DNA of 64,000 bases from an uncultured Holophagales bacterium (GTDB lineage Bacteria > Acidobacteriota > Thermoanaerobaculia > Multivoradales > UBA5704). A program made the translations under genes and the position numbers. Of this stretch, positions 10,003 to 20,356 are shown piece after piece (position 1 is the stretch's first letter; every line of letters starts with the position of its first letter). Location: contig CAWJGT010000003.1 in NCBI GenBank assembly GCA_963842525.1, forward strand, positions 832,001 to 896,000, given 5' to 3'. The notes under the pieces are model-generated. The model made no database searches. It worked only from the letters and a program-made list of their open reading frames with translations, and had not been told where the DNA came from.

Positions 10003-13000
10003 CTCATCCTCCTGTGACGATCTTTCGGGTTCTCGATGCTGGGAAAGATCCCGGCTTGGCGAAAAGGTTTATGGCCGCCCGCCCGCCAGTCGCCCTGGAG
10101 GATGAATCCCGCCCAGTAGTAGGGTGACCTCCAGGCGTCCTCCTGCCACATCGAGACCTGGGCGGCGCGCAGGGCCGCAGCCGGGGGCCTTCCCGCGCCG
10201 AGCATCTCGCGGTAGAAGCGGCGCATCAGCTCGGCGGTTGCCCGATCGTCGACAGGCCACAGGCTGACCAGGACCTGGCGGGCTCCGGCGTACAGAAAGC
10301 CCCGGGTCAGGCCGACCAGCCCATCGCCGCGGATCTCCCGGCCGAGGGCCGTCTGGCACGCCGAAAGAACGACCAGGTCCGCCGGGAGGTCCAGCCGATA
10401 GATCTCGTGGGCATAGAGGAACCCGTTGCGTGGCCGTCCCTGCCGGTCGACCCTGGAGAGAGCGATCCCCGAGAGCTCCGGGTGCTCCGCGTCGAGGATG
10501 CCATGGGTCGCGAAGTGGACGATCCGGTAGCCGCGAAGCGCTCCGCTTAGGACGGTCTCGCGGCTGGCCTCGAAGCCGAGGGCCGAGAGGGTCTGCCGCG
10601 GGGGGGCGAGCGACAGGATCGCCGCCGCCTCGGCGTGAGAATAGAGCAGCCGGTCCAGCGGAAGGGAGGATCCGACGGCAGGTCCCGCCGATGGCGATTG
10701 CATCATCCCCGGCACCCGCGGGTCCGCGATGTCGAAGACCGGGTCGGCAAGCACGGCCAACACTCCCGGCACGTCCCGGCGTCCGGGCTCTCTCGCCAGC
10801 AGGGTCAGCGTCGAAGCGGAGGGGAGGCTCACGACCTCGTGCTGGAGGACGATCGGTTGGCCTCCCGCGACCGGCAGGGCTCCGAACGGAATGTAGTGGA
10901 GGGCTCCATCGGGGACGACCAGCAATCGGCGTCCGGGAGTCAGCAGATGGGCGACCGGCTGGAGCAGGATCTGGGAGAGCTCGGCGAGCGCGGCGTCCGC
11001 CTGGGCCCGGGCCAGCCGCTGGTCGCTGGCGGCGAGCAGGAACGAGGAGCGGCGGGCAGCCTCCTCGATCGCGGCTCGCGGCGGCAGCTCGAAGCTCTCG
11101 ATCCCGCCGGGTGTGACGGCCCAGAGAAAGCTGCGTTCCCTGCCCAGGGCGTATTCGAGGAGCAGCGTGTCGCGGTCGACAACCCGTTTCTGGATCTGCT
11201 CCAGGGAGAGGGGGCGCGGCTGGACCAGGGCGGCATAGCCGGGGCTCGCCAGGCGGATCCTGGACTGGAGCCTGTCGAAACGGGCCAGCAGTCCCCGCAG
11301 ATCGGTCTCCGCGGCTTCCAGCCGGGCCACGGCGGCGCCGGTGACCACGAGGCTCTGGCGCCGGCGGTCCGCCATCTCGATCCGGCGCGTCAGCTCGGCC
11401 TCCTGCGCCAGGAGGGCGGGGTCGACGTCGCGCCGCAGGTCGGCCCGAGCCTCGGTCAGGAGGTCGAGAAGGCTGCGTGCCCGCGCCTCCTCGCTGACCG
11501 CGAGTGCCCGTGCATCGTAGCCCGAGCCGGGCTCGCGGCGGTGGAGCTCCATCAGAAGGCTGACGTAGAGCTCGAAAAAGTCCTGTTTGGAGGCGAGGAA
11601 CGTGGAGCGCAACTCGGGGCTGGCAGGCTTGCCGCGCAGCGATTCGATCCGGGCGAGCGCCGGCTCGACGGCCTGGAGCGCCGCCGTCAGCTCTCCCTGG
11701 CGGCGCCGGGCACTGGCAAGGCCAAAGAGGGCCTGCGCTTGGGTCTCGAGGTCGCCGCTGGCTGTGGACAGCCGCAGAGCGCGGGAAAACGACAGGACCG
11801 CCGCATCGGTTCGCTCGAGATCAAGATCGGTCATACCGAGATTGTTGAGCGCCGTGGCCTCGCTATTCGTGTCTCCCAGCTCGCGAAAGGTGACGAGCGC
11901 CGCGTGGAAGGCGCGCCGGGCGTTGCGCCGCTCCCCGAGTTGATTATGAAAACAGGCGAGGTTGTGCATGGTGATCGCCTGCTCCAGCCGGTCTCCGATC
12001 TGCCGCTGGAGGTGAAGGGCACGCTCGTAGGCCTCCAGCACCTCGGCCCGAGACCGGCCGGCGAGGGCACGCGCCTGCCCCAAAAGGGCCAGAGCGATGG
12101 CCCTTTCGCGGACGCGGTCGGCCGATTCGAGGAGCCGCAGAGCCAGGACGAGATGATCGATGGCCTTCTCCGGCTGACCCAGGATGATGTATGTGTTTCC
12201 TGAGTTGCTGAGCGTCAACCCTTCGTTGCCCCGGTCCCCCAGCTTGCGCCAGACCGCGAGCGCCTCTTCGAAGGCGGTCAGCGCCCGTTCCGTCTCTCCC
12301 AGATCGAGCGAGGCGCGGCCGATGTTGTTCAGGGTGATCGCCTGCTCGAACCGGTTGTTGAAGCGGCGGTGGAGGCGGAGCGCCTCGCGATAGCACTCGA
12401 CAGCCGCCTGGGGATTCCCGAGGGAGCGGTACATATGGCCGAGGTTGTTCAACGCGACGCCGGCCCGGGCCTCCTCGCCAAGCTCGCGAAAGAGCGCCAG
12501 GGCCTGCCGGTAGTGATCCGCGGCCTCCCGGTTGTTTCCCAGGGAGGCATGGGTCCGGCCGAGGCTGAAGAGAGCCTCTGCCTCCCGGTCGCGCTGGCCG
12601 ATCTGCCGGAAGAGGGCCAGGGCCTTCTCCTCTCGCTCCACCGCCGCCGCGAGCGACGGTGGGTCGTCCCGCAGGCGCAGCTCCTCACCCTGGGCGAAGG
12701 TCCGCTCGGCGGCGACCCGGGTCCGGTCCCGCGCGGCTGCCGGCCGCAGGACGTCCAGCCGCACGGCGTAGCGTCCAGGGGCGGCACGGACGTCGGGAGA
12801 CCGAATCTCCAGACGATGCATCCCCGCGACCACGGCCACGACGGGAAGGGGCTCGGGACCCTGCGAGCCGTTGGTGCTGTCGATCGCCGCGAGGCGCCGG
12901 CCGTCCGGGCCCTGGAGGCTCACGGCCACGTCGATCCCCCGCTGATCCACGATCAACCCGGCGTAGTCTCCAGCGGCCAGATCCAGCAGGTAGGCGTGAG

Positions 13001-13172
13001 CCTGGCCGCCTCGCAGCCCCATCTGGACCAGGGTCCCGGGCACGAGGGCGAGCATCCGGGCCTCGGCCGGTGTGGTCTTTGATGGCTCCGTCCCGGGCGC
13101 CCGGCAGGCCGCCAGGGTCAGGCCGGCGAGCGCCAGGGCCCGCGTCCTACGAAGGTGGGAGCTGCAGGACAT
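9999..13172 (-). CDS. TPR-CHAT (caspase-like) protein with putative lipoprotein signal
   Basis: LTLAAC lipobox-like, multiple TPRs (ALNNLG), IVHFATHG and LVVLSACQT catalytic motifs, PYYWAGFILQG end. Confidence 0.9.
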   Translation of the reverse strand: MSCSSHLRRTRALALAGLTLAACRAPGTEPSKTTPAEARMLALVPGTLVQMGLRGGQAHAYLLDLAAGDYAGLIVDQRGIDVAVSLQGPDGRRLAAIDSTNGSQGPEPLPVVAVVAGMHRLEIRSPDVRAAPGRYAVRLDVLRPAAARDRTRVAAERTFAQGEELRLRDDPPSLAAAVEREEKALALFRQIGQRDREAEALFSLGRTHASLGNNREAADHYRQALALFRELGEEARAGVALNNLGHMYRSLGNPQAAVECYREALRLHRRFNNRFEQAITLNNIGRASLDLGETERALTAFEEALAVWRKLGDRGNEGLTLSNSGNTYIILGQPEKAIDHLVLALRLLESADRVRERAIALALLGQARALAGRSRAEVLEAYERALHLQRQIGDRLEQAITMHNLACFHNQLGERRNARRAFHAALVTFRELGDTNSEATALNNLGMTDLDLERTDAAVLSFSRALRLSTASGDLETQAQALFGLASARRRQGELTAALQAVEPALARIESLRGKPASPELRSTFLASKQDFFELYVSLLMELHRREPGSGYDARALAVSEEARARSLLDLLTEARADLRRDVDPALLAQEAELTRRIEMADRRRQSLVVTGAAVARLEAAETDLRGLLARFDRLQSRIRLASPGYAALVQPRPLSLEQIQKRVVDRDTLLLEYALGRERSFLWAVTPGGIESFELPPRAAIEEAARRSSFLLAASDQRLARAQADAALAELSQILLQPVAHLLTPGRRLLVVPDGALHYIPFGALPVAGGQPIVLQHEVVSLPSASTLTLLAREPGRRDVPGVLAVLADPVFDIADPRVPGMMQSPSAGPAVGSSLPLDRLLYSHAEAAAILSLAPPRQTLSALGFEASRETVLSGALRGYRIVHFATHGILDAEHPELSGIALSRVDRQGRPRNGFLYAHEIYRLDLPADLVVLSACQTALGREIRGDGLVGLTRGFLYAGARQVLVSLWPVDDRATAELMRRFYREMLGAGRPPAAALRAAQVSMWQEDAWRSPYYWAGFILQGDWRAGGHKPFRQAGIFPSIENPKDRHRRMR

Positions 13173-13944
13173 ATTCGCCGATCGGCTCTCTCGTGTTCCT
13201 GGAGAGCCCGAAGAGCCGGAGCCGATGCTCTCCGGCGCCGAGCGCTTTCCGCGGCAGGGTCAGGCTGAAGGAGCCGAACGCGTTCGGCCGTAGCCCTCGT
13301 GCCGTCCAGACCACGGCGCCGTCTGCATCCGAGATCTCCGCCTCGTAATCCTCCCAAGCCCCCCTCTGCGCGGGGCTGAGGATCAACGTGAACAACCGGG
13401 CGTCCGGCGGCACCTCGGGCGTGCTCGTGGCGACGCCGCGGCGCGCCCTGCCCTCGGGATAGAGGTCCAGCACCGGGGCGTTGACCTGCGGCCGGGACAG
13501 CTCGTCGACGGTCCGGCGCAGCGAGGCGACCCAGACCGAGAGGCCGACCGTGGCGATCAACAGCGAGGCGGCGAGAGCCTGCCACCAGCGCGGCGCCACC
13601 GCAGGCCGGGCGCGCCGCGACTCCAGAGAGACGACGGTGGCCGGGCGAGCGGGCTCTTCCCGCCGGATCTGCTCGCGAACCCCTGCCCAGACCGTCTCGG
13701 CGGCATTCGGAGGGAGATCCTCGTCCGCGCCGAAGCTGGCGTCTCCGAGCCCGTCGAGATCGAGCAGGAGATCGGCACACTCGCGGCAGGCGACGAGGTG
13801 GTCCTGGACTCGCCGCTCCTCCTCGGGCGGCAACCCGCCGGCGTGGTAGGCGGCGAGCTCGTCGGCGTCGAGGTGTCCGCCGGAGCCTCGCTCCAGGGCC
13901 AGGGCCTCGACCGCGTCACGTAGCTCCCGGTCCGGCCCGTTCAT
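13147..13944 (-). CDS. Zinc-finger (zf-HC2) anti-sigma factor
   Basis: HLVACREC HxxxCxxC motif, central transmembrane helix, follows the ECF sigma gene. Confidence 0.85.
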   Translation of the reverse strand: MNGPDRELRDAVEALALERGSGGHLDADELAAYHAGGLPPEEERRVQDHLVACRECADLLLDLDGLGDASFGADEDLPPNAAETVWAGVREQIRREEPARPATVVSLESRRARPAVAPRWWQALAASLLIATVGLSVWVASLRRTVDELSRPQVNAPVLDLYPEGRARRGVATSTPEVPPDARLFTLILSPAQRGAWEDYEAEISDADGAVVWTARGLRPNAFGSFSLTLPRKALGAGEHRLRLFGLSRNTREPIGEYVLQLPPS

Positions 13945-14615
13945 GCCGCCCCCTCATCGAGCCGGGCGAGAGGGCTCTCGAAATATGGGCCCAGCTCCTG
14001 CTGCAGGCGCCGGCGTGCCTGGAAGAGGTGGACCTTGACGGTTTCCGTCGACAAACGCATCAACACCGCGATCTCCCGATATTTCAGATCATGGTACACC
14101 CGGAGCATGAGGCATTTCCGCATCTGCTCCGGCAGCTTCTCGATCCCCTCCCGCAACACTCGCGAGCGCTCCTGGCGCAACAGCTCCTCGCCAGGGAGCG
14201 GGGTGCCCGTGGCCGGCAGGTCGAGCGGCTCTCCCTCGGAATCCTCGATCGGCACCTCCCGGCCGGCCCGCTTGTCCGCTACCCCCAGGCGGAGGCGCTT
14301 GCGGAATGCATTGGTCGCCACCTTGAACAGCCAGGTCTCGAACCGCGCATCGCGGCGGAACGAGCCGATACCTCGATAGATCCCAACGAATGTCTCCTGG
14401 GTTAGATCGAGGCAGTCCTGGGGAGGGAACCCGCGCCGGGAGAAGAAGTGGAGAAGCGGGCGGTGGTAGAGGTCGCAGAGGCGGCGGAAGCTCTCCTCGA
14501 CGGCATGCCCCGCCTGGATCTCTGCAAGGATCTGCTCGGTGTCTGCGGCGCGATCGGCCATTCGGTCCGGCTCTGCAATGGCGAACGAAGGCTCAACGAT
14601 ATCACTCCCTCTCAT
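13941..14615 (-). CDS. ECF RNA polymerase sigma-70 factor
   Basis: DLTQETF...FETWLFKVATN (region 2); LKYREIA...TVKVHLFQARRRL (region 4); exact start uncertain. Confidence 0.92.
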   Translation of the reverse strand: MRGSDIVEPSFAIAEPDRMADRAADTEQILAEIQAGHAVEESFRRLCDLYHRPLLHFFSRRGFPPQDCLDLTQETFVGIYRGIGSFRRDARFETWLFKVATNAFRKRLRLGVADKRAGREVPIEDSEGEPLDLPATGTPLPGEELLRQERSRVLREGIEKLPEQMRKCLMLRVYHDLKYREIAVLMRLSTETVKVHLFQARRRLQQELGPYFESPLARLDEGAA

Positions 14616-14821
14616 CTGGTGCCGCCGTGGCTCCGTAGACCCGGGGAAGGGAGGTGAGAGCCATGATGGTCAAGACGAGTCTCAAGGCGGGCATCCAGAA
14701 GCCCGGCCACTAGCCTACACGTCCGATTCGCTTCCCCACTACGCCGGTCTCCTGCCGGCGTCTTTCCTCATTTGCACGAGATGTAATGCGATCCGGAGAG
14801 CTTCCGTGATAACCTCCGTTT

Positions 14822-15637
14822 ATGGCATCGCTGGCTCACGCTCCCCGCACGGCTCAGGATCTCCGCCCCGATGCGGTAATTTTGGTCGTCGAGGGGCCGA
14901 CCGACGAGCGGATCGTCGAGGGAGTGTTAGCGGCGGCGCAATTTCCTGTTGACCGTGTCAACATCGTGGTCGGACTAGCAAAGTACGGCGCCGCCCGTAT
15001 TGCCGAGGAATTTGCCGATGCTGCGCCAGGGCAATGTGCGGTACTTGTGGATCTCGATGAGCTCAGTGTGCCCGACGCCCAAGCCCGAGCGCGCGAGCAA
15101 CTCGGCAATCCTCCCTTCGATGTGTTCTGTGCAGTTCCCACCATCGAGGCGTGGCTCTTTGCCGATGATGATGTTGCTCAGGCGTATGCCAGTCCCGATG
15201 AGGACGTACAGCGCATCGTCCGGCGGCTCCCCCTCCCGGAGGAGATCCCGGATCCCAAGCAGCTGGCCCAGTATGTCTTTGGGCCCAGCTCGAAATGGGG
15301 ATTCATCCGCCAAGTCGAGATCGGCCGCGCCGCCGCCAGGTCGCCTTCGCTCCGTATCTTCCTGGAGGGAATGAGCCGTCTGCTCGGGGTGCCGACGTCA
15401 CCTCTCATGGAAGGTGTGGCGCGCAACTTCAGCCGCGACATCATCGCCGGACTGGTCCGCGAAATCCCTTCCAAGACCGTCGTCTGGCGCACCTCGTCCG
15501 GGGACGAATACACCGCTGATAAGCTGCGTCGCCTCGTCGAGGAGGGAGACGAGGTGGGACGGCAATACGCCTCGGACCTCCTGCGCATCTCCCGCGACTT
15601 CCTCCTGCGCAAGGCAAATCGCTCAACATCCCAGTGA
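14822..15637 (+). CDS. TOPRIM-like (DUF4276/RloB/OLD-type) protein with an extra C-terminal helical domain
   Basis: VVEGPTD, VLVDLD (DxD) and AVPTIEAWLFAD motifs. Confidence 0.65.
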   Translation: MASLAHAPRTAQDLRPDAVILVVEGPTDERIVEGVLAAAQFPVDRVNIVVGLAKYGAARIAEEFADAAPGQCAVLVDLDELSVPDAQARAREQLGNPPFDVFCAVPTIEAWLFADDDVAQAYASPDEDVQRIVRRLPLPEEIPDPKQLAQYVFGPSSKWGFIRQVEIGRAAARSPSLRIFLEGMSRLLGVPTSPLMEGVARNFSRDIIAGLVREIPSKTVVWRTSSGDEYTADKLRRLVEEGDEVGRQYASDLLRISRDFLLRKANRSTSQ

Positions 15638-16275
15638 TCGTCTTCGTGCCCGGATACGATCCGGAGACCGAGGCGAATCTGGCCGTCGCCGAGCAGATTC
15701 GCCCTGAAGGCTGCCACGCCCTGCTGGCTCGGGATGCAACCCGTGAAGCGCTTTTGGCAGCTTTGACCGCAATCGACGCGCCGGTCTTCGCCATGTCGCA
15801 CGGGCGCCGCGATGCGATTCTGGCTCAAGGGGGCGGAGCTGCCTTGCTCCGCGAGGATGCAGCTCTCCTCGGCCTGCGGACAGTCTTTGCCTTCGCTTGT
15901 CACACAGCCGCGGATCTGGGGCAGGCGGCCGCGCAGGCAGGAGCGACCTGGTGGGGCTATACAGGTGCCGTCCATGCTCCGGATCCTTCTCCCAGGCTTC
16001 TGCCGCTGTTCGTCGGCATCTTCCGCTATATCCGCGACGTGTTCCCGCAAGCCAGATCGAGGCGACAGCGCGCAGCCGTCCTCCTGCGGATCGCAGAACT
16101 CTGCCATCAGGCTGAGCACAGGCTCGATGAGCTTTTGGAAACCGATCCAGGACTGGATGCCGGGCCAGCCTACTTCTGCCTTCTCCACATCTGGCAACGT
16201 CTGCGAACCTGGGGCCCGGGGGAGCCGGCTCCGCTCAGCCACCAGGACGCTCCTGAGCCGGTTCTCTTTCCTTGA
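15634..16275 (+). CDS. Hypothetical protein with minimal caspase/CHAT-like fold motifs
   Basis: ATREALLAAL, VFAMSHG and VFAFAC (His-Gly/Cys dyad spacing); GTGA overlap with the upstream gene. Confidence 0.55.
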   Translation: MIVFVPGYDPETEANLAVAEQIRPEGCHALLARDATREALLAALTAIDAPVFAMSHGRRDAILAQGGGAALLREDAALLGLRTVFAFACHTAADLGQAAAQAGATWWGYTGAVHAPDPSPRLLPLFVGIFRYIRDVFPQARSRRQRAAVLLRIAELCHQAEHRLDELLETDPGLDAGPAYFCLLHIWQRLRTWGPGEPAPLSHQDAPEPVLFP

Positions 16276-16420
16276 TCCGGGTGCTGGCCGGCCCGCTTCT
16301 CGGCCACCCCCGGCGCAGGCGTTTTCGCCAGGCGTTGGTCGCGACGTAGACCCACCCCCTCTCCCACCCGCACTCCCCATCCCGTCCGGGAGAGGGGGAA
16401 GGGCCGCATGCCGGGAAGCG

Positions 16421-17827
16421 TCAGTTGTTGCAGGGCACCCAGAACGGGGTCATCGAAGGTGAATTCTCGAGGTAGACGAGCCCGTCGAAGTGCTCGCGGG
16501 GGATGTACCAGTTATCCCCGATGAGGATCGGCTCCTCGGGGTCGAGGAAGGGTGGATGGGCGGGGTTGGTGCCATGGAAGTCCAGGTCCGCCAGGAGGTA
16601 GGGCTCTCCGAGCTGCTGGAGGCGCGCCTCGGCGGAATTTGGGTCGACGTCCACCGGGCCGCACAAGAAGATCCATGGCCACTCGACTTCCACGTGCGCG
16701 GCGGCGAGCGCCAACGCGGCATAGCGATGGCCGATGTCGCGGCTCAGCCAGTCGCCCATGACCGTGAACCCGAGATCTTCGAGCTCGAAGATCCCTTTGC
16801 CGATGTGGAAGTTGTGCGCCCACACCGCGGTCTTCTGGGACCCCACGAGCAGCTTGCGGATGCGCTGGAGCACCGTGGCCATTCCGCGGTCCCGGAAGGT
16901 GAAGGCCCGGGGATAGTCGGTCTCGGTGTAATACGCCGAGCCCTGCCAGGCACGCACGCCGATCGAGCGGATCTTGGCCCATTCGACCTCGGCCCGCTCG
17001 CGCTGCACGGCGTCGGACGGATCGAGATCCGCGAGCAGGGCATCCACCGCATCCAGGGCCGCCAGGCACGCTTGATTGTCCGCATCGGAGACCGGGAATT
17101 CGAACGTCACGACCCCGTCACACCGCCGGAGCCCGACAATGCGGGGATCGCCGTCCTGCAGGCCGTGTCCCTGGAGAAACTCGATCAGCGCGGGGCCGTC
17201 CATCTCCGGCTGCTGGACGTCGAACCCGAAGAAGGTGATGGGATCGTCCGGATGCGTCTGATTCCAGGAACACATGTAGGTGAGGAGAGCGCCGGTCTCC
17301 GTGCTCCTCCAGACAGCGAAGATGCCGCGCAGGGCGTCCCTCACCGTGCCCTGGCAGGTGGCGACGTACTGGCCCGTGACCTCCGCGTACGGCCAGGGGG
17401 TCTCCATGGCGAAGGCGCGGAAGCCCATCTCCTCGACCAGGAAGCGGAAGAGGCGGTGCTTCATGGCGTAGTATCCGCCCGAGGTATGGATCGTCTCTCC
17501 GAGGCCAACCACCTGGGCCCCTTGCAGGATCTGCCGCAGGGGGGCCAGGTCGGTGTGCGGGAGGCCGGCATCGAGGCCGTCGAGCCGGTAGATCCCACGG
17601 TCGACGAGCTGCTCACCGCGCCGCAGGTGAGACGGCGCGACGGTGGTGTGGCCGCCGCTCGGCGGGACGAGATCCCGCGGCGGCAGCATCAACCGGGCAT
17701 GCGGCGACGGCTCGGCAGGAGCCGCGGCCAGGGACGGTGCGGCGAGGCCGGGCAGGAGAGCCGCGCCGAGGGTGAGGACGAGGGCAGAGAGGCGAAGAGG
17801 CCGATCAGCCATGCAACAGGTCTTCAT
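16421..17827 (-). CDS. Erythromycin esterase family protein with signal peptide
   Basis: VVGLGETIH, GFRAFAME, GFDVQ, RDRGMA, WAHNFH, FDGLVY motifs. Confidence 0.8.
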   Translation of the reverse strand: MKTCCMADRPLRLSALVLTLGAALLPGLAAPSLAAAPAEPSPHARLMLPPRDLVPPSGGHTTVAPSHLRRGEQLVDRGIYRLDGLDAGLPHTDLAPLRQILQGAQVVGLGETIHTSGGYYAMKHRLFRFLVEEMGFRAFAMETPWPYAEVTGQYVATCQGTVRDALRGIFAVWRSTETGALLTYMCSWNQTHPDDPITFFGFDVQQPEMDGPALIEFLQGHGLQDGDPRIVGLRRCDGVVTFEFPVSDADNQACLAALDAVDALLADLDPSDAVQRERAEVEWAKIRSIGVRAWQGSAYYTETDYPRAFTFRDRGMATVLQRIRKLLVGSQKTAVWAHNFHIGKGIFELEDLGFTVMGDWLSRDIGHRYAALALAAAHVEVEWPWIFLCGPVDVDPNSAEARLQQLGEPYLLADLDFHGTNPAHPPFLDPEEPILIGDNWYIPREHFDGLVYLENSPSMTPFWVPCNN

Positions 17828-18126
17828 TTCATCTCCTCCAGAGCAGCCCGCCGGACAGCTCTCCTGGATGGAAAGGGATTCCGGGACGGGCGAGTTGACC
17901 GCCTTCAGGTTCTACGGCACCCCTGTGCAATTTCAAAGCCCGGGTCGGAGACGCCGGTCCCCCGGGGAGCTTTCCGCGCGGCGGACGGCGCGGTGTCCGT
18001 CACAACAGACGGGCAGTGTCCAAGGAAGGGGACGGTCTACGGCCGGAACAAACCATTGCCGCGGAAGGTTGCAGTCAAACGCCTGGACCGCTCCGTCGTA
18101 GAATCCCCGTCCGGAGGCTTTTTTTC

Positions 18127-19507
18127 ATGGCAGTCAGCGTCTTCGACCTCTTCACGATCGGCATCGGCCCGTCGAGCTCCCACACCGTGGGGCCGATGCG
18201 GGCGGCGCGGCGTTTTGTCCGGCGGCTGGAGGACGAGGGCGCGCTCGACCGGACTGCCCGCGTGCGGGTCGACCTCTACGGCTCGCTGGCCATGACTGGC
18301 AAGGGGCACGGCACGGACCGGGCGGTGATCATGGGCCTCGAAGGGGAGACGCCGGAAGCGGTCGATCCGTCCTTCATGCCCAGGCGCCTCGCGGAGGTCC
18401 GATCGAGCCGCCGACTCCGTCTGCTCGGACGGCACGAGATCCCGTTCGAGGAGAAGGAGGACCTGGTCTTCAACCGCAAGGAGCTGCTGCCGCTCCACTC
18501 GAACGGCATGCGTTTCACGGCCTGGGACGCGGCCGGAGAGGTCCTCGACGAGCGGGTCTATTACTCGGTCGGCGGCGGGTTCGTGGTCCAGGAGGGGGCG
18601 GACGGCGAGGCCCGGCTGGTCGAAGACGTCACGGAGCACCCATATCCCTTCTCCAGCGGAGCGGAGCTGCTGGAGCGCTGCCGCGAGAACGGCATGGCGA
18701 TCTGGGAGCTGATGCTCGAAAACGAGAAGGCCTGGCGCAGTGAGGACGAAGTCCGGCAGGGGCTGCTGCGCATCTGGGACGCCATGCAGCAGTGTGTCGA
18801 GCGCGGCTGCCGCGAGACCGGCGTTCTCCCTGGAGGGCTCAAGGTCCCACGGCGGGCGCCCCAGCTCTATCGACGAGCTGCGGTCCCGGCCGGAGGAGGC
18901 GGTCAAGGACCCGCTGACGGTCCTCGACTGGGTCAACCTCTTCGCCCTGGCGGTCAACGAGGAGAACGCCGCAGGCGGACGGGTGGTGACCGCGCCCACC
19001 AACGGCGCGGCGGGGATCATCCCGGCCGTCCTATCCTATTACCGGCGGTTCACGCCCGGCGCCAGCGAGGAGGGGGTGATCCGCTTCCTGCTGACCGCGG
19101 CGGCCATCGGCCTGCTGTACAAGGAGAACGCCTCGATCTCCGGCGCCGAGGTGGGCTGCCAGGGCGAGGTCGGTGTCGCCTGCTCCATGGCCGCCGGCGG
19201 CCTGGTTGCCGTCCTCGGAGGGACCAACGAGCAGATCGAGAACGCGGCCGAGATCGGGATGGAGCACAATCTGGGATTGACCTGCGACCCGGTGGGTGGG
19301 CTGGTCCAGATCCCCTGCATCGAGCGCAACGCCATGGGCTCGGTCAAGGCGATCAACGCTTCGCGCATCGCGCTCCGCGGCGACGGCTCGCACAAGGTTT
19401 CACTCGACCGGGTCATCAAGACGATGCGCGAGACGGGAGCGGACATGAAGACCAAATACAAGGAGACCTCCCGCGGCGGGCTCGCGATCAACGTGATCGA
19501 ATGCTGA
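18127..19507 (+). CDS. sdaA: L-serine ammonia-lyase (Fe-S), frameshift near 18870
   Basis: [53 protein letters not shown]. Confidence 0.93.
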
Positions 19508-19547
19508 TTCACAACATCGATTCGTCTCTTTTTCAGGGAGGTCATTC

Positions 19548-20075
19548 ATGCTAGCAAGCGAAAAGCTGATCGGCGTGTTCAACCAGCAGATCGGGAACGA
19601 GATGGGCGCTTCGATGCAGTACATCGCGATCGCCTCCTACTTCGACTCCGAGACCCTGCCGGAGCTGGCGAAGTTCTTCTACCAGCAGTCGGAGGAGGAG
19701 CGGCAGCACGCCATGCGGTTCGTCAAGTTCATCAACGACGTCGGAGGGCGGGTGGAAATCCCCGCGATCCCCGCGCCCAAGAACGATTTCGCCTCGGCCG
19801 ATGAGGCGGTCGGCCAGGCGCTCTCCTGGGAGGAAGAGGTCACACGCCAGATCTACGACCTGGTGGAGATCGCCAAAGAGGACCGCAGCTACGTGGCCAT
19901 CCGCTTCCTCGACTGGTTCGTCACCGAGCAGCTCGAGGAGGTGTCGTCCATGAGCGACCTCCTCGCGGTCATCCGGCGCGCCGGTCCGGACCGCCTGCTC
20001 TTCGTCGAGGAGTACCTCTCACGCCAAGGCCGTGCCGGCCTGGAGAGCCCGGCCGCTCCGGAGGCGGGGGACTAG
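19548..20075 (+). CDS. ftnA: Non-heme ferritin
   Basis: [29 protein letters not shown] ferroxidase ligands. Confidence 0.85.
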   Translation: MLASEKLIGVFNQQIGNEMGASMQYIAIASYFDSETLPELAKFFYQQSEEERQHAMRFVKFINDVGGRVEIPAIPAPKNDFASADEAVGQALSWEEEVTRQIYDLVEIAKEDRSYVAIRFLDWFVTEQLEEVSSMSDLLAVIRRAGPDRLLFVEEYLSRQGRAGLESPAAPEAGD

Positions 20076-20168
20076 CGGCTCTCCCATCCTCAGGGCGGTC
20101 GCCTAGGCGTTGCGCAAGGAAATCATCTGAATCTCGTGTAGAGTTGTGCGCAAGGGAGGAGACAATCC

Positions 20169-20351
20169 ATGAAGAAGAAGCTTCACAGGAAGCTCGAGCT
20201 CAACCGTGAGACCTTGCGGTCTCTCGCGGAGACCAACCTGCGCGGGGTTGCCGGGGTGCGCTCGGACACGTGCGTCATGCAGTGCGGGTCGGGCCCCAAC
20301 ACGGGCTGCTTCGACACCTGCCTCTGCACCTCGCCCGTCGTCTGTGAGTAG
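20169..20351 (+). CDS. Orphan RiPP (class I lanthipeptide-like) precursor peptide
   Basis: ggagg RBS; leader KLELNRETLRSL ending VAG; 31-aa core with 6 Cys and 7 Ser/Thr. Confidence 0.8.
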   Translation: MKKKLHRKLELNRETLRSLAETNLRGVAGVRSDTCVMQCGSGPNTGCFDTCLCTSPVVCE

Positions 20352-20356
20352 GCAGC

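Noticed and set aside
16278-16405. Rho-independent terminator or ncRNA between convergent genes
   Set aside because: GC hairpins (including ccctctccc/gggagaggg) are present but look like generic REP-type palindromes; function not supportable
17830-18126. Glycine riboswitch upstream of sdaA
   Set aside because: Conserved aptamer motifs could not be identified by eye
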